From Candidatus Micrarchaeia archaeon (lineage in GTDB: Archaea > Micrarchaeota > Micrarchaeia > Burarchaeales > Fermentimicrarchaeaceae), in the NCBI GenBank assembly GCA_038871515.1, contig JAVZHX010000001.1:318915-382914 (forward strand): DNA of 64,000 nt, in the 5' to 3' direction. A program made the translations under genes and the position numbers. Position 1 is the stretch's first letter. The number at the start of each line of letters is the position of its first letter. Below the pieces are notes generated by a model, which did not search any database, was not told where the DNA came from, and saw only the letters and a program-made list of their open reading frames with translations. Below are positions 26,989 through 35,021 of the stretch, piece after piece.

Positions 26989-27165
26989 CTACTGGTTTTT
27001 CTCCTTCACAACAACAAGAGGTATAACCCCTTTCTCAAACTCCATATACGCAATCTTTATCGGGTTAGCTTTGCTTTCAACTTCTATGAGAGGTGGTGCT
27101 CCAGATGCAAGTTGCAAAGCACGCGCTCCAATCAACCTGGCTTTTTCAAAACGTGTCAACTCCAT
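26989..27165 (-). CDS. rpoK: DNA-directed RNA polymerase subunit K (Rpo6/RpoK). It is 58 aa, below the ORF-track cutoff.
   Basis: Manual translation gives MELTRFEKARLIGARALQLASGAPPLIEVESKANPIKIAYMEFEKGVIPLVVVKEKNQ. This matches the conserved RpoK/RPB6 core (TRFERARIIGARALQIS...GAP). Confidence 0.6.
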   Translation of the reverse strand: MELTRFEKARLIGARALQLASGAPPLIEVESKANPIKIAYMEFEKGVIPLVVVKEKNQ

Positions 27166-27173
27166 CCAACCAC

Positions 27174-28352
27174 CTAGAATAATGCGCTCAGCACCTTAAG
27201 AAGCTGAGGCCTTTTGAGAAGAACTTTCTCAACAACTGGTTTATAATCCCCTTTTATCAACTTATCCAAATCCTCATCATTCAAATTTTCAAAAACTGCA
27301 TTCAAATCATCATCATTTAATTTTTCAAGCACCTTCCTCAAGCGCAACCTTCTCATCAACTTCGGCTCAGCTTTCTTCCTCCATTTGGTTTCATACTCAT
27401 ATAAACTCTTTTTATCAGTTTTCCCCTCCAGCGCGCACTTCGCTGCAACCTCCCCAGCAATTCCACCTGCCTCCATCGCAAGAGCCATTCCTCCTCCGTG
27501 AATTGGGTCAACCTGGTGAGCAGCCGTGCCAACAACCATCAACCCATCTGCAACAAGCTCCTTCAAAGGCTCTCCCACAGGTATCAAACCACCTTTTATT
27601 GCAACCGTTTGCGCATCCTTGAAACGCTTGTTATTCTTTATGAATTTCTCCAAATAATCAATTGCATTCCCTTTCTCCAAACCACCAATTCCCACTCCCA
27701 CGTTTGCAACATCCTTCCCCTTTGGAAAAACCCACACGTAACCCCTTGGAGCAATGCTCCACCCAAAGTAAATTTCAATCAAATCCTCGCACTCAACATT
27801 CACCATCTCATATTCTATGCCAAAGTCAGTGTCGTATAGAGTTGCAGTTGAGTTCAAGCCAGCCCTTCTCGCAACAGTTGACTCCCCTCCATCTGCAGCA
27901 ATCAGCACTTTGCACGTTGCCTCAAACTTCTCTCCCATTCTATTTGCTTTAACCCCGCAAACCTTCCCCTCCTTCTTTATAACATCATAAACCTCTGTTT
28001 TCACAATCACTTCTGCCCCTGCCCTCCCAGCATCAATCGCCAAATCCTTGTCAAAAACCTTTCTGTCAATCACATAACCTCTCGTCTCTGGGTTCTGTAT
28101 TTTCACTGCTCTCTTCATATTTGGAGAGTAAAGAACAGAACCGCTTATCTCAGCAGATATTGCATTTCTGGATAATTTCAAACCAAGCTCATCCAACCAA
28201 TGCGAGCCGAGCCCCTCCCCGCATCTCACAGGCGCACCAAGCTCCTTTCTTCTGTCTATTAGTAGAACAGATGCTCCTCCCTTTGCAGCTTTTTTTGCAG
28301 CAAAGCTACCCCCAGGCCCCGCTCCAACAACAATCACATCGTAATCAACCAT
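27174..28352 (-). CDS. ggr: Geranylgeranyl reductase (digeranylgeranylglycerophospholipid reductase), an FAD-dependent enzyme
   Basis: MVDYDVIVVGAGPGGSFAAKKAAKGG is the FAD Rossmann fold, and the GGR family C-terminal region is present. The ORF-track start at 28400 over-extends into the upstream ferredoxin gene. Confidence 0.85.
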   Translation of the reverse strand: MVDYDVIVVGAGPGGSFAAKKAAKGGASVLLIDRRKELGAPVRCGEGLGSHWLDELGLKLSRNAISAEISGSVLYSPNMKRAVKIQNPETRGYVIDRKVFDKDLAIDAGRAGAEVIVKTEVYDVIKKEGKVCGVKANRMGEKFEATCKVLIAADGGESTVARRAGLNSTATLYDTDFGIEYEMVNVECEDLIEIYFGWSIAPRGYVWVFPKGKDVANVGVGIGGLEKGNAIDYLEKFIKNNKRFKDAQTVAIKGGLIPVGEPLKELVADGLMVVGTAAHQVDPIHGGGMALAMEAGGIAGEVAAKCALEGKTDKKSLYEYETKWRKKAEPKLMRRLRLRKVLEKLNDDDLNAVFENLNDEDLDKLIKGDYKPVVEKVLLKRPQLLKVLSALF

Positions 28353-28356
28353 AAAC

Positions 28357-28530
28357 TCACTTCCTAAGCTCAATTGCTTTCGCCGGGCATGCTTTCGCAC
28401 AGTTCCCGCAGTTTATGCACTTCTTCTCATCATACTCAACAAACGTCTCCTTCAAAACAAGCGCAAGCTTTGGGCAAACGCCAACGCACGCTCCGCAGTA
28501 GATGCATCTTGCTCTGTTGATTTCAATCAA
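28357..28530 (-). CDS. 2x[4Fe-4S] ferredoxin (57 aa, TTG start), a likely electron donor to GGR
   Basis: Manual translation gives (M)IEINRARCIYCGACVGVCPKLALVLKETFVEYDEKKCINCGNCAKACPAKAIELRK, with two CxxCxxCxxxCP motifs. It ends 4 nt before the ggr start. No ATG is present. The only in-frame start candidate after the upstream TGA is TTG. Confidence 0.5.
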   Translation of the reverse strand: MIEINRARCIYCGACVGVCPKLALVLKETFVEYDEKKCINCGNCAKACPAKAIELRK

Positions 28531-28577
28531 ACCAACACCTCAGCTCTCTCAATTATAGCTGTAAATTAATAAAAAAC

Positions 28578-29249
28578 TTACCACTCGTTATACTCAACAT
28601 CGTTGAACTCGTAGACAATTTTATTCTCCTCATCCCTCCCGCTTGATACCTGGGCTTCAAGAATCTCCTTGCTTCCAGCCAAATTTATATTATGCACAGG
28701 GTCAAACAAGTAAAACCTATTGCCGAAGCTGAACATGACGAACGCGTGCTTGAAACCCCCTTTCATCTCAACAACAACCTTCGCCGTTTTATTCCCAAGT
28801 GCAATAAGCAAGGAACATAGAAAAATTGCCTTATCCATTTCATCAGCAGCTTTCAGCTCAAGTATTTCCTTTGGAGTTAACCAGAACTCAATTGGTATCT
28901 GCTCTGTTTTTATTTCATCCCTCACAAACTCAAATGCTTTCTGAGCAGCTGCTGGAAAATCTCTCTCATAATCGTACTCCTTAAACTCGCGCAGTAATTT
29001 CTCTTTAACCTCAATCACCGCGGAGCTTTGGGGTTTCACAAGGCTCCTTAACTCAGGAATGGATTTGCTTTCCCCTGCTTCTATAAGCTCCCTGTACCTT
29101 TCAATTATCTTCTGGTATATCCTCTCCCTTCTTTTGTATGCTTCCAGCTCCTCATCTGACTTCTTTGGTGGAGGCTCCTCCTTCGGCTGCTCCTCCTTCT
29201 TCCTGAGGAAGGGGATGATGTTTGCAGCGAATATTATTATATATATCAC
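28578..29249 (-). CDS. Membrane-anchored protein with a possible transglutaminase-like Cys-His-Asp core
   Basis: N-terminal TM helix, then a Lys/Glu/Pro-rich linker. A candidate catalytic triad has Cys in AIFLCSLLIALG, His in GGFKHAFVMF and Asp in YLFDPV. Confidence 0.35.
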   Translation of the reverse strand: MIYIIIFAANIIPFLRKKEEQPKEEPPPKKSDEELEAYKRRERIYQKIIERYRELIEAGESKSIPELRSLVKPQSSAVIEVKEKLLREFKEYDYERDFPAAAQKAFEFVRDEIKTEQIPIEFWLTPKEILELKAADEMDKAIFLCSLLIALGNKTAKVVVEMKGGFKHAFVMFSFGNRFYLFDPVHNINLAGSKEILEAQVSSGRDEENKIVYEFNDVEYNEW

Positions 29250-29285
29250 CTGATATTCTCTTATGACGTTTAATTAATAAATTCT

Positions 29286-30596
29286 ATAGGTGATTTTACG
29301 GAGATAACTTTTTTTGGCGGTGCCAATGAAGTAGGAAGGAACTGCATACTTGTTGAGGAGGGAAAAACAAACCTTCTTTTGGATGCAGGGATTAAGCTTG
29401 GGGAAACTGATGAGTATCCGCTGATAAGTGACTCAGAGGTAAGGAAGCTGAGGAGAATTGCAATAAGCCACACCCACCTAGACCACGTTGGGTATCTGCC
29501 GCACATGTATTCAAGAGGGTGCAGAGCGGAGATTTATTCAACAAAACCAACTCATGATTTGACTCAGCTTCTCCTTGCGGATTACCAGAGAATAAACAGA
29601 GGGATGAAATTCAGCAACAACGATATAGTGAAAGCGATGAGGATGTGGAAGATGGTGGAGTATGGGGAGGTGGTTGGCGATAAACTGCAGTTCTCCTTCC
29701 ACAAATCAGGCCATATATTGGGAAGCGCAATGGTGCTTGTAAGGGGAGGCTCCTCTCTTCTTTTCACCTCTGATGTTAATGATAGGGAAACCAGACTGCT
29801 GGAGGAGGGTGAAAGAAACATTGTTGCTGAGAATATGATTGTTGAATCAACTTACGGAGCTCCAACAGACCAGCACCCATCGCTTAAAAACGCATCAAAA
29901 ATGCTTTGCGACAGCATAAACAGAACTGTGAAAAAAGGTGGAAAAGTTTTAATACCAAGCTTTGCAGTTGGGAGAGCACAGGAAATTCTCTTCATACTTG
30001 AAAATTACATGAGCTCCGGGGTGCTTGAGAGAGTTCCAATTTTTGTTGATGGGATGATACTTAAAGCAAACAGAATATACAGGCAGAATGTTATTTACTG
30101 CAGAGATGAAATACAGAAAAGAATTCTTATGAGCGATGATGACCCATTTAAAAGCAAATTCTTCCAAACACCAAGAACGAAGGATAGGAGCGATGTGCTG
30201 AAAGAAGGAAGCGCGATAATTGTTTCGACTTCGGGTATGTTAACCGGTGGGCCGGTGCTGCGCTATCTTGAGGCGCTTGCTGGTGACCCGAATAACCTGC
30301 TTGTGCTGGTTGGCTACCAAGCTGAAGGAACTCTTGGAAGAAAGCTGTTAGACGGGGAGAGAAAAGTGGAGTTAAACGGAAAGGAAATTGAAATAAAAAT
30401 GGGTGTGGAGCAGGCGCACTTCAGCGCGCACGCTGACTTTAAGGGTTTGCTTGAAATAGTGAAAAGCATAAGGAAGTTGAAAAGAGTGTTTGTTATACAT
30501 GGAGAGGGGGAGAAACCAAAGCTGTTTGGAGAGGCAGTTGCAAGGATGGGGTATGAAGTGATAATCCCAAGGAACACGGAGAGTTTCAGAATTTAG
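29286..30596 (+). CDS. beta-CASP metallo-beta-lactamase RNase (aCPSF2 / RNase J-like). The start is non-canonical.
   Basis: Metallo-beta-lactamase HxHxDH motif SHTHLDHVG, followed by the beta-CASP region (H-containing motifs FSAHAD). The conserved N-terminal strand EITFFGGANEVGRNCILVEEG lies upstream of the first ATG/GTG/TTG (29379). The only in-frame candidates after the TAA at 29271 are ATA codons at 29286 and 29304. Confidence 0.7.
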   Translation: MGDFTEITFFGGANEVGRNCILVEEGKTNLLLDAGIKLGETDEYPLISDSEVRKLRRIAISHTHLDHVGYLPHMYSRGCRAEIYSTKPTHDLTQLLLADYQRINRGMKFSNNDIVKAMRMWKMVEYGEVVGDKLQFSFHKSGHILGSAMVLVRGGSSLLFTSDVNDRETRLLEEGERNIVAENMIVESTYGAPTDQHPSLKNASKMLCDSINRTVKKGGKVLIPSFAVGRAQEILFILENYMSSGVLERVPIFVDGMILKANRIYRQNVIYCRDEIQKRILMSDDDPFKSKFFQTPRTKDRSDVLKEGSAIIVSTSGMLTGGPVLRYLEALAGDPNNLLVLVGYQAEGTLGRKLLDGERKVELNGKEIEIKMGVEQAHFSAHADFKGLLEIVKSIRKLKRVFVIHGEGEKPKLFGEAVARMGYEVIIPRNTESFRI

Positions 30597-30604
30597 TTAT
30601 TTAA

Positions 30605-31963
30605 TTGCAGAGGTATTTTATTATGGATGAATTTCTGGAGAGATGCAGGAAGGTTAAGGAAAAGATAGAAAGCTTCAGAGCACCTCTGATTGTGAACCAT
30701 TATGATGCAGATGGGTTGGCTGCTGGTGCGCTTGTTGCAAAAGCACTGGAGAGCATTGGGAAGGAGTATGAGATGCTTACACTGCGCAAGCTTGTTATGA
30801 GAAAGGAAATTGAGGAAGCTGAGGAGGTTATTTTCGTTGATTTTGGAGGGGTGGAGCTGCTTGGGGAGGAGTTGAAAGGAAAGAGGTTTGTGGTGATAGA
30901 CCATCATCAGAGCATTGAAACCCCAACGCAGGCAAACCCTCATCTGTTTGGCTTTGATGGTGGAAGCGAGCTGAGCTCCTCCGGAACTGCTTACTTTGTT
31001 TTCAGAAAACCAGAGCTTGCTGATTTGGCTGTTGTTGGGGCAGTTGGGGACATGCAGCTTCCCCTCAAAAGTTTGAACAGAAAAATCCTAAGGGAGGGAA
31101 TAGAAAACAGAGTTTTGAGGTGCGATGTTGATTTGAGTATATTTGGAAGAATTGGCAGGCCTCTTCCCTGGTTTCTCTCATACTGCACGGAGCCATTCCT
31201 CCCTGGCTTGACTGGCAATGAGGGAAACTGCCATAGATTTTTGAATGAGGTTGGAATAGAGCTGAAAAGGGAGGGGGGATGGAGGAGGTATTTTGAGCTG
31301 TCTATTGAAGAAAGGGTTACGCTCATCTCAGCGCTTGTCGCATACCTGTATTCAAAAGGTAAATTTGAATCCGCCCATGAGCTTGTTGGTGAAGTTTATG
31401 AATTGGTTAACCAGCCTGAGGGAACTGAGCTGAGGGATGCGAAGGAGTACAGCACCCTTCTGAACGCGTGCGGAAGACATGGAAAACCGGAAATTGGAAT
31501 TAATGTTTGCTTGGGTAGAGAAGGCTCGCTGGAGAAAGCGAGAAGGATGCTTTACGAGCACAGGGAGGAGCTGAGAAAGGGTATGTTATACGCAGTTTCA
31601 AATTATGAAGACTTTGGAAGCTTTTATTTTCTTGACGGAAGAGGAAGAATTCAGGATGGGGTGATAGGCGTTATAGCTGGAATGCTTTACGGAGCTGCTC
31701 TTGAGGGAGATAAACCTATACTTGGAGTTGCATTTGATGAGGAAGGAAAAATAAAAATTTCTGCAAGGGGGACAAGAAAGCTCGTTGAAAGAGGGTTGAA
31801 TTTAGGTGAAGTGTTGAGAAAAGCATGCGCGGGAATTGGAGTTGGGGGAGGGCATAACATAGCTGCTGGAGGAACAATTGAGAGAGATAAGCTTAATGAA
31901 TTCCTGCTGAACTTTGGAAGAGAGCTGCAAGCTTCTCACCAAAAATTTCAAGAGAAACCATGA
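30605..31963 (+). CDS. DHH/DHHA1 phosphoesterase, archaeal RecJ-like (GAN/HAN family)
   Basis: DHH motifs are NHYDADGLAAGA (motif I), VIDHHQ (motif III DHH) and the DHHA1 motif GVGGGHNIAAGG. It starts 8 nt after the beta-CASP gene stop. Confidence 0.75.
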   Translation: MQRYFIMDEFLERCRKVKEKIESFRAPLIVNHYDADGLAAGALVAKALESIGKEYEMLTLRKLVMRKEIEEAEEVIFVDFGGVELLGEELKGKRFVVIDHHQSIETPTQANPHLFGFDGGSELSSSGTAYFVFRKPELADLAVVGAVGDMQLPLKSLNRKILREGIENRVLRCDVDLSIFGRIGRPLPWFLSYCTEPFLPGLTGNEGNCHRFLNEVGIELKREGGWRRYFELSIEERVTLISALVAYLYSKGKFESAHELVGEVYELVNQPEGTELRDAKEYSTLLNACGRHGKPEIGINVCLGREGSLEKARRMLYEHREELRKGMLYAVSNYEDFGSFYFLDGRGRIQDGVIGVIAGMLYGAALEGDKPILGVAFDEEGKIKISARGTRKLVERGLNLGEVLRKACAGIGVGGGHNIAAGGTIERDKLNEFLLNFGRELQASHQKFQEKP

Positions 31964-32813
31964 TGAGCAGTTGGGCAAGCAAGTTTGCAACCATTGGAAT
32001 GGCAGCAGCAACCCCAAAGAGTTTCAGCACTATCGCAAATGAAAGCATCGCATTCTTAACGCTTGTTGCAACAAAAAAAGTAACTGCAGTTTTCTTCCCA
32101 TACCTTCTGCCTAAAAAGTAAGCTACAACACCTCCAAAAAGCAGTATGAGCAACAGCAACGCAGTTAACTCCAAAAGCTTCAACTCGTTGTTAGCTATTG
32201 CGGTGTGGCTCACTCCAAATATGCCCCACGCAAGCAGGAGCATTACAATAAGCTGATAATCTCTGTGTTTGTTTATCTTTTCAGCTACCCTTCTGAAAAG
32301 CTTCTTTGTCAGAAATGCTGCTGAAATTGGAATTAATATAACTTCGACAAGAAGGCCAAGTATTTTGTTGTTATCCACCTGCACCACCGCACCTGCGAGC
32401 AGTTGTATTGTGAGTGGGATTGTCAAAAAGGAGAGAAGGGAGGAGAGGAAGGAGACTAGAACCCCGAGCGCTATGTCGCCACCAAGGAAAGAAACAAAGA
32501 ATGGTGTTGCAGCTGCGCTTGGTGAGGAAAGCGCAAAGAGCACACCCACAAAACTCATTGGCTCTGAAAATTTGAAAGGGAGCGAAAGAAGCGGCATCAT
32601 GACGAAAACTAGTGAGAGCAGCACAAGCAATCCTTTCACATCAACCTTCCCAAGCTCCCTTTTTTCAACTCTTAAAGCAGAGAAGAACATGAGAAGAGCA
32701 AGAAGGGGATTGAGGTAATCCTTCCAGAGAAGAGAAACTTCTGGCAACAACAACCCAAATAGAATTGAGAGAATTATTGTGAGGGAGAACAGGTATTTAC
32801 TCATCAAAATCAC
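31893..32813 (-). CDS. Polytopic transporter, possibly bile acid:sodium symporter (BASS) / ACR3-like family
   Basis: 306 aa with about 9-10 TM helices. It shows the two-repeat organisation typical of BASS. This is a weak call. Confidence 0.35.
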   Translation of the reverse strand: MILMSKYLFSLTIILSILFGLLLPEVSLLWKDYLNPLLALLMFFSALRVEKRELGKVDVKGLLVLLSLVFVMMPLLSLPFKFSEPMSFVGVLFALSSPSAAATPFFVSFLGGDIALGVLVSFLSSLLSFLTIPLTIQLLAGAVVQVDNNKILGLLVEVILIPISAAFLTKKLFRRVAEKINKHRDYQLIVMLLLAWGIFGVSHTAIANNELKLLELTALLLLILLFGGVVAYFLGRRYGKKTAVTFFVATSVKNAMLSFAIVLKLFGVAAAIPMVANLLAQLLIMVSLEIFGEKLAALFQSSAGIH

Positions 32814-33447
32814 TCAGCTTTCTCTGCTTCATCCTTTCCACAGTCTCCCACTCCTTTCTTACGTATTTATGTAGTTGTTGTCTATGGAAGTTATTTTTCA
32901 AAAATTCAATTGTTCTCTCATCAGAGGTGTAACCACTCCCAAAATCGCAGGAAAACTCCTTCTTTATCTGTTCAATCACAGTATCCCTTTCAACTTTTGC
33001 TATTACTGAAGCAGCGGAAACAACTGGGTAGTTGAAATCCGCCTTATGCTCACAGATAAGCTCTGCATTTCCTTTGTAGTATTTTTTTAACCTTGCGTGA
33101 AACATTCCTTCAACAGAGTCGGGAGAGTCAACGTAGATAAGCTCTGGCTGGTGCTTCAGAGAGGAGAAAAGCTTCCCCATCTCCATCGCTTCTATCTCAT
33201 TCAAACTGTGCTTTTTCATCAGTTCATTAAGAGAGCTTGCGGTTATTTTCACAACCGCAATTTCCTTGCATATTTTTTTTATTTTCCCAACAAGCTTCTC
33301 CCTTCTCTTTGGGGTGAGCAGCTTAGAGTCCTTCACTCCAACTCTCCTAAGCTCTCCCTCTTTTTCCTTCTCAACAATTGCAACGCAGATTACCAACGGG
33401 CCCAACACGCATCCTCTGCCAGCTTCATCAGCTCCTCCAATGAGTAT
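32797..33447 (-). CDS. rnhB: Ribonuclease HII. The start is non-canonical.
   Basis: The conserved N-terminal motif GGADEAGRGCVLGPLVI (GIDEAGRGPVIGPLV) lies upstream of the first GTG/TTG (33408). After the in-frame TGA, the only plausible start is ATA at 33447-33445, giving (M)LIGGADEAGRG. A GAGGTGAT Shine-Dalgarno lies 3 nt upstream of it. An out-of-frame ATG lies at 33463-33461. Confidence 0.7.
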   Translation of the reverse strand: MLIGGADEAGRGCVLGPLVICVAIVEKEKEGELRRVGVKDSKLLTPKRREKLVGKIKKICKEIAVVKITASSLNELMKKHSLNEIEAMEMGKLFSSLKHQPELIYVDSPDSVEGMFHARLKKYYKGNAELICEHKADFNYPVVSAASVIAKVERDTVIEQIKKEFSCDFGSGYTSDERTIEFLKNNFHRQQLHKYVRKEWETVERMKQRKLSDFDE

Positions 33448-33497
33448 GGAATCACCTCTTCATATTAAGAAAAAGTAGAATAAGAAACTTCCCAAAC

Positions 33498-33758
33498 TCA
33501 AAGTCCTTTCTTATCTAGAATTATATGGTCAGAAACAGCCAGCACAGCGGAGTATGGGATGAGAAGCATTCCCTCCTCCCTCTTCATTTTCCTAACTGTT
33601 GGGCTGTCCACATTCGGCTCAACAATTAACGATTCTATCTTGCCGGTTACTTCACTTATATACGCATCAACAAACTTTCCAATTTCCTCTCCATCATTAG
33701 TTATCAGCTTCTTCCCAGCCAGCTGCTTCGCAATAACGAATTTTCCCATCAACACCAC
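33498..33758 (-). CDS. PRC-barrel domain protein
   Basis: 86 aa with the PRC-barrel pattern (GKKLITNDGEEIGKFVDAYI...EGMLLIPYSAV). Confidence 0.6.
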   Translation of the reverse strand: MVLMGKFVIAKQLAGKKLITNDGEEIGKFVDAYISEVTGKIESLIVEPNVDSPTVRKMKREEGMLLIPYSAVLAVSDHIILDKKGL

Positions 33759-33814
33759 CTTTCAATCAACTGAAAGAATTTCTTGGAAGTTATTTAAATA
33801 GCTTTCTCTTTTTT

Positions 33815-34975
33815 TTATGGTTGCTCCCACTCTATCTCATAATACTCATACTTGCTTCCGGGAAGCTCTATTCTCCTCACCCTATAATAAGTGACAGAGG
33901 TTTCCCTATCGCTTATCGCGAGTATCAAATCCAAACCGAGCTTCTTTGCAGCTTCAATTGCCTCTGCAAGCTCTGCCCCTCCAATCTGCTCCTCCTCGCT
34001 GAGGGAGAGCATTGCAAAGGAAGGCTCATCCTTCCCAGGCACCTCTATTCCACCCTCCTTTCTATGATAAAGCAGAAAATCAAGCTTTGCTTTCGCTTTT
34101 CTCTTAACTCCAGGTATTGCAAGTATGAATGTTTTTCTCACGCTGTGCGCAACTCTTATTGCTCTTGCCCACTCCGAAATCAGCAGTTTGCTTTCTCTTG
34201 GAAATACGTGAATCACGTGCTTTGAATGCACCCACTCCTCCCCACTTCTTGTTGGGGATGCTTTTGGGAAGTAAACCCTGAAATGGGTGCCGAATTTGAA
34301 ACCAGTTTTCAGTATAAAGCCCCTCAACCTCCAATCCTCATAAACTTCATACATATAAAGCAATTCCGGCCTTCTTTTCTTCGCATATGCTTTAACTTTG
34401 CTTTCATTGAAATTTCTCAGCTTCAAACCACAGTGGTGCAGCATGAAAAGAGTTTCATATATATCTAGCTTGCACAGCTTGCCTCTCTGCTCGGCTTTGT
34501 AGCTTCCAAACTGCCCCAGCCAGTAATTCTCATACAGCTCCTTCCCAATAACCTCATCGTCAATTACGGTTACCAAATCCTCTGGGAAGAACATTCCAAC
34601 AATGCTGTATTTTGGAGGGGAGAAGGCGCTTGACGGATATTTTTTCACAGGGTTCTTCTTATACGCTCCTTTTGCCTCCTCAATTCTCCTTATCATCAAC
34701 CCCCTATCCCTCCAATCCTTATACGTGAAGTAGCGAGCCATCAACTTTTTTGAGTATAATGCTTCTGAAACATCATTGAAGCGCAGCTCATTACCAACTT
34801 CATCATAGCATTTCGCATTCCTTATATCAATTAGGTATAATGCTTCTTCGGGTGAGAGGTAAATTGTCCCTCCCTTCATAACTCCGTAGTGGCCGTTTTG
34901 AAGCGAGCTCACCGACTCCGGTTCGGTGACTGTGAGCTCCTTTGTTTTTCTGTTGAAGTTAATAACCACTCCCAT
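33815..34975 (-). CDS. endA: tRNA-splicing endonuclease EndA with an unusual three-unit architecture
   Basis: The catalytic motifs GFKFGTHFRVY and HSKHVIHV (His, Tyr, Lys) sit in the middle of a 386-aa protein. About 130 aa of N-terminal pseudo-unit and about 90 aa of extra C-terminal unit-like sequence (LDLILAISDRETSVTYYRV) flank it. Confidence 0.7.
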   Translation of the reverse strand: MGVVINFNRKTKELTVTEPESVSSLQNGHYGVMKGGTIYLSPEEALYLIDIRNAKCYDEVGNELRFNDVSEALYSKKLMARYFTYKDWRDRGLMIRRIEEAKGAYKKNPVKKYPSSAFSPPKYSIVGMFFPEDLVTVIDDEVIGKELYENYWLGQFGSYKAEQRGKLCKLDIYETLFMLHHCGLKLRNFNESKVKAYAKKRRPELLYMYEVYEDWRLRGFILKTGFKFGTHFRVYFPKASPTRSGEEWVHSKHVIHVFPRESKLLISEWARAIRVAHSVRKTFILAIPGVKRKAKAKLDFLLYHRKEGGIEVPGKDEPSFAMLSLSEEEQIGGAELAEAIEAAKKLGLDLILAISDRETSVTYYRVRRIELPGSKYEYYEIEWEQP

Positions 34976-35021
34976 GTAAATCGTATTAAATATTGTTGCG
35001 ATAATTAATAAATCTGGTGTT

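Noticed and set aside
26986-27177. Plus-strand ORF 26986-27177 (63 aa)
   Set aside because: It is antisense to a convincing 58-aa rpoK gene on the minus strand.
28353-28400. ORF-track N-terminal extension of the geranylgeranyl reductase (MRKHARRKQLSLGSEF)
   Set aside because: The extension is an out-of-frame read-through of the upstream ferredoxin gene. The conserved GGR N-terminus starts at MVDYDVIVVGAGPGG (28352).
33447-33463. Programmed +1 ribosomal frameshift in rnhB (ATG-AAG-AGG-TGA then a shift into GDSILIGGADEAGRG)
   Set aside because: It is possible, but a 1-nt sequencing indel or a simple ATA or other near-cognate start explains the data equally well. I report it only as a non-canonical start observation.
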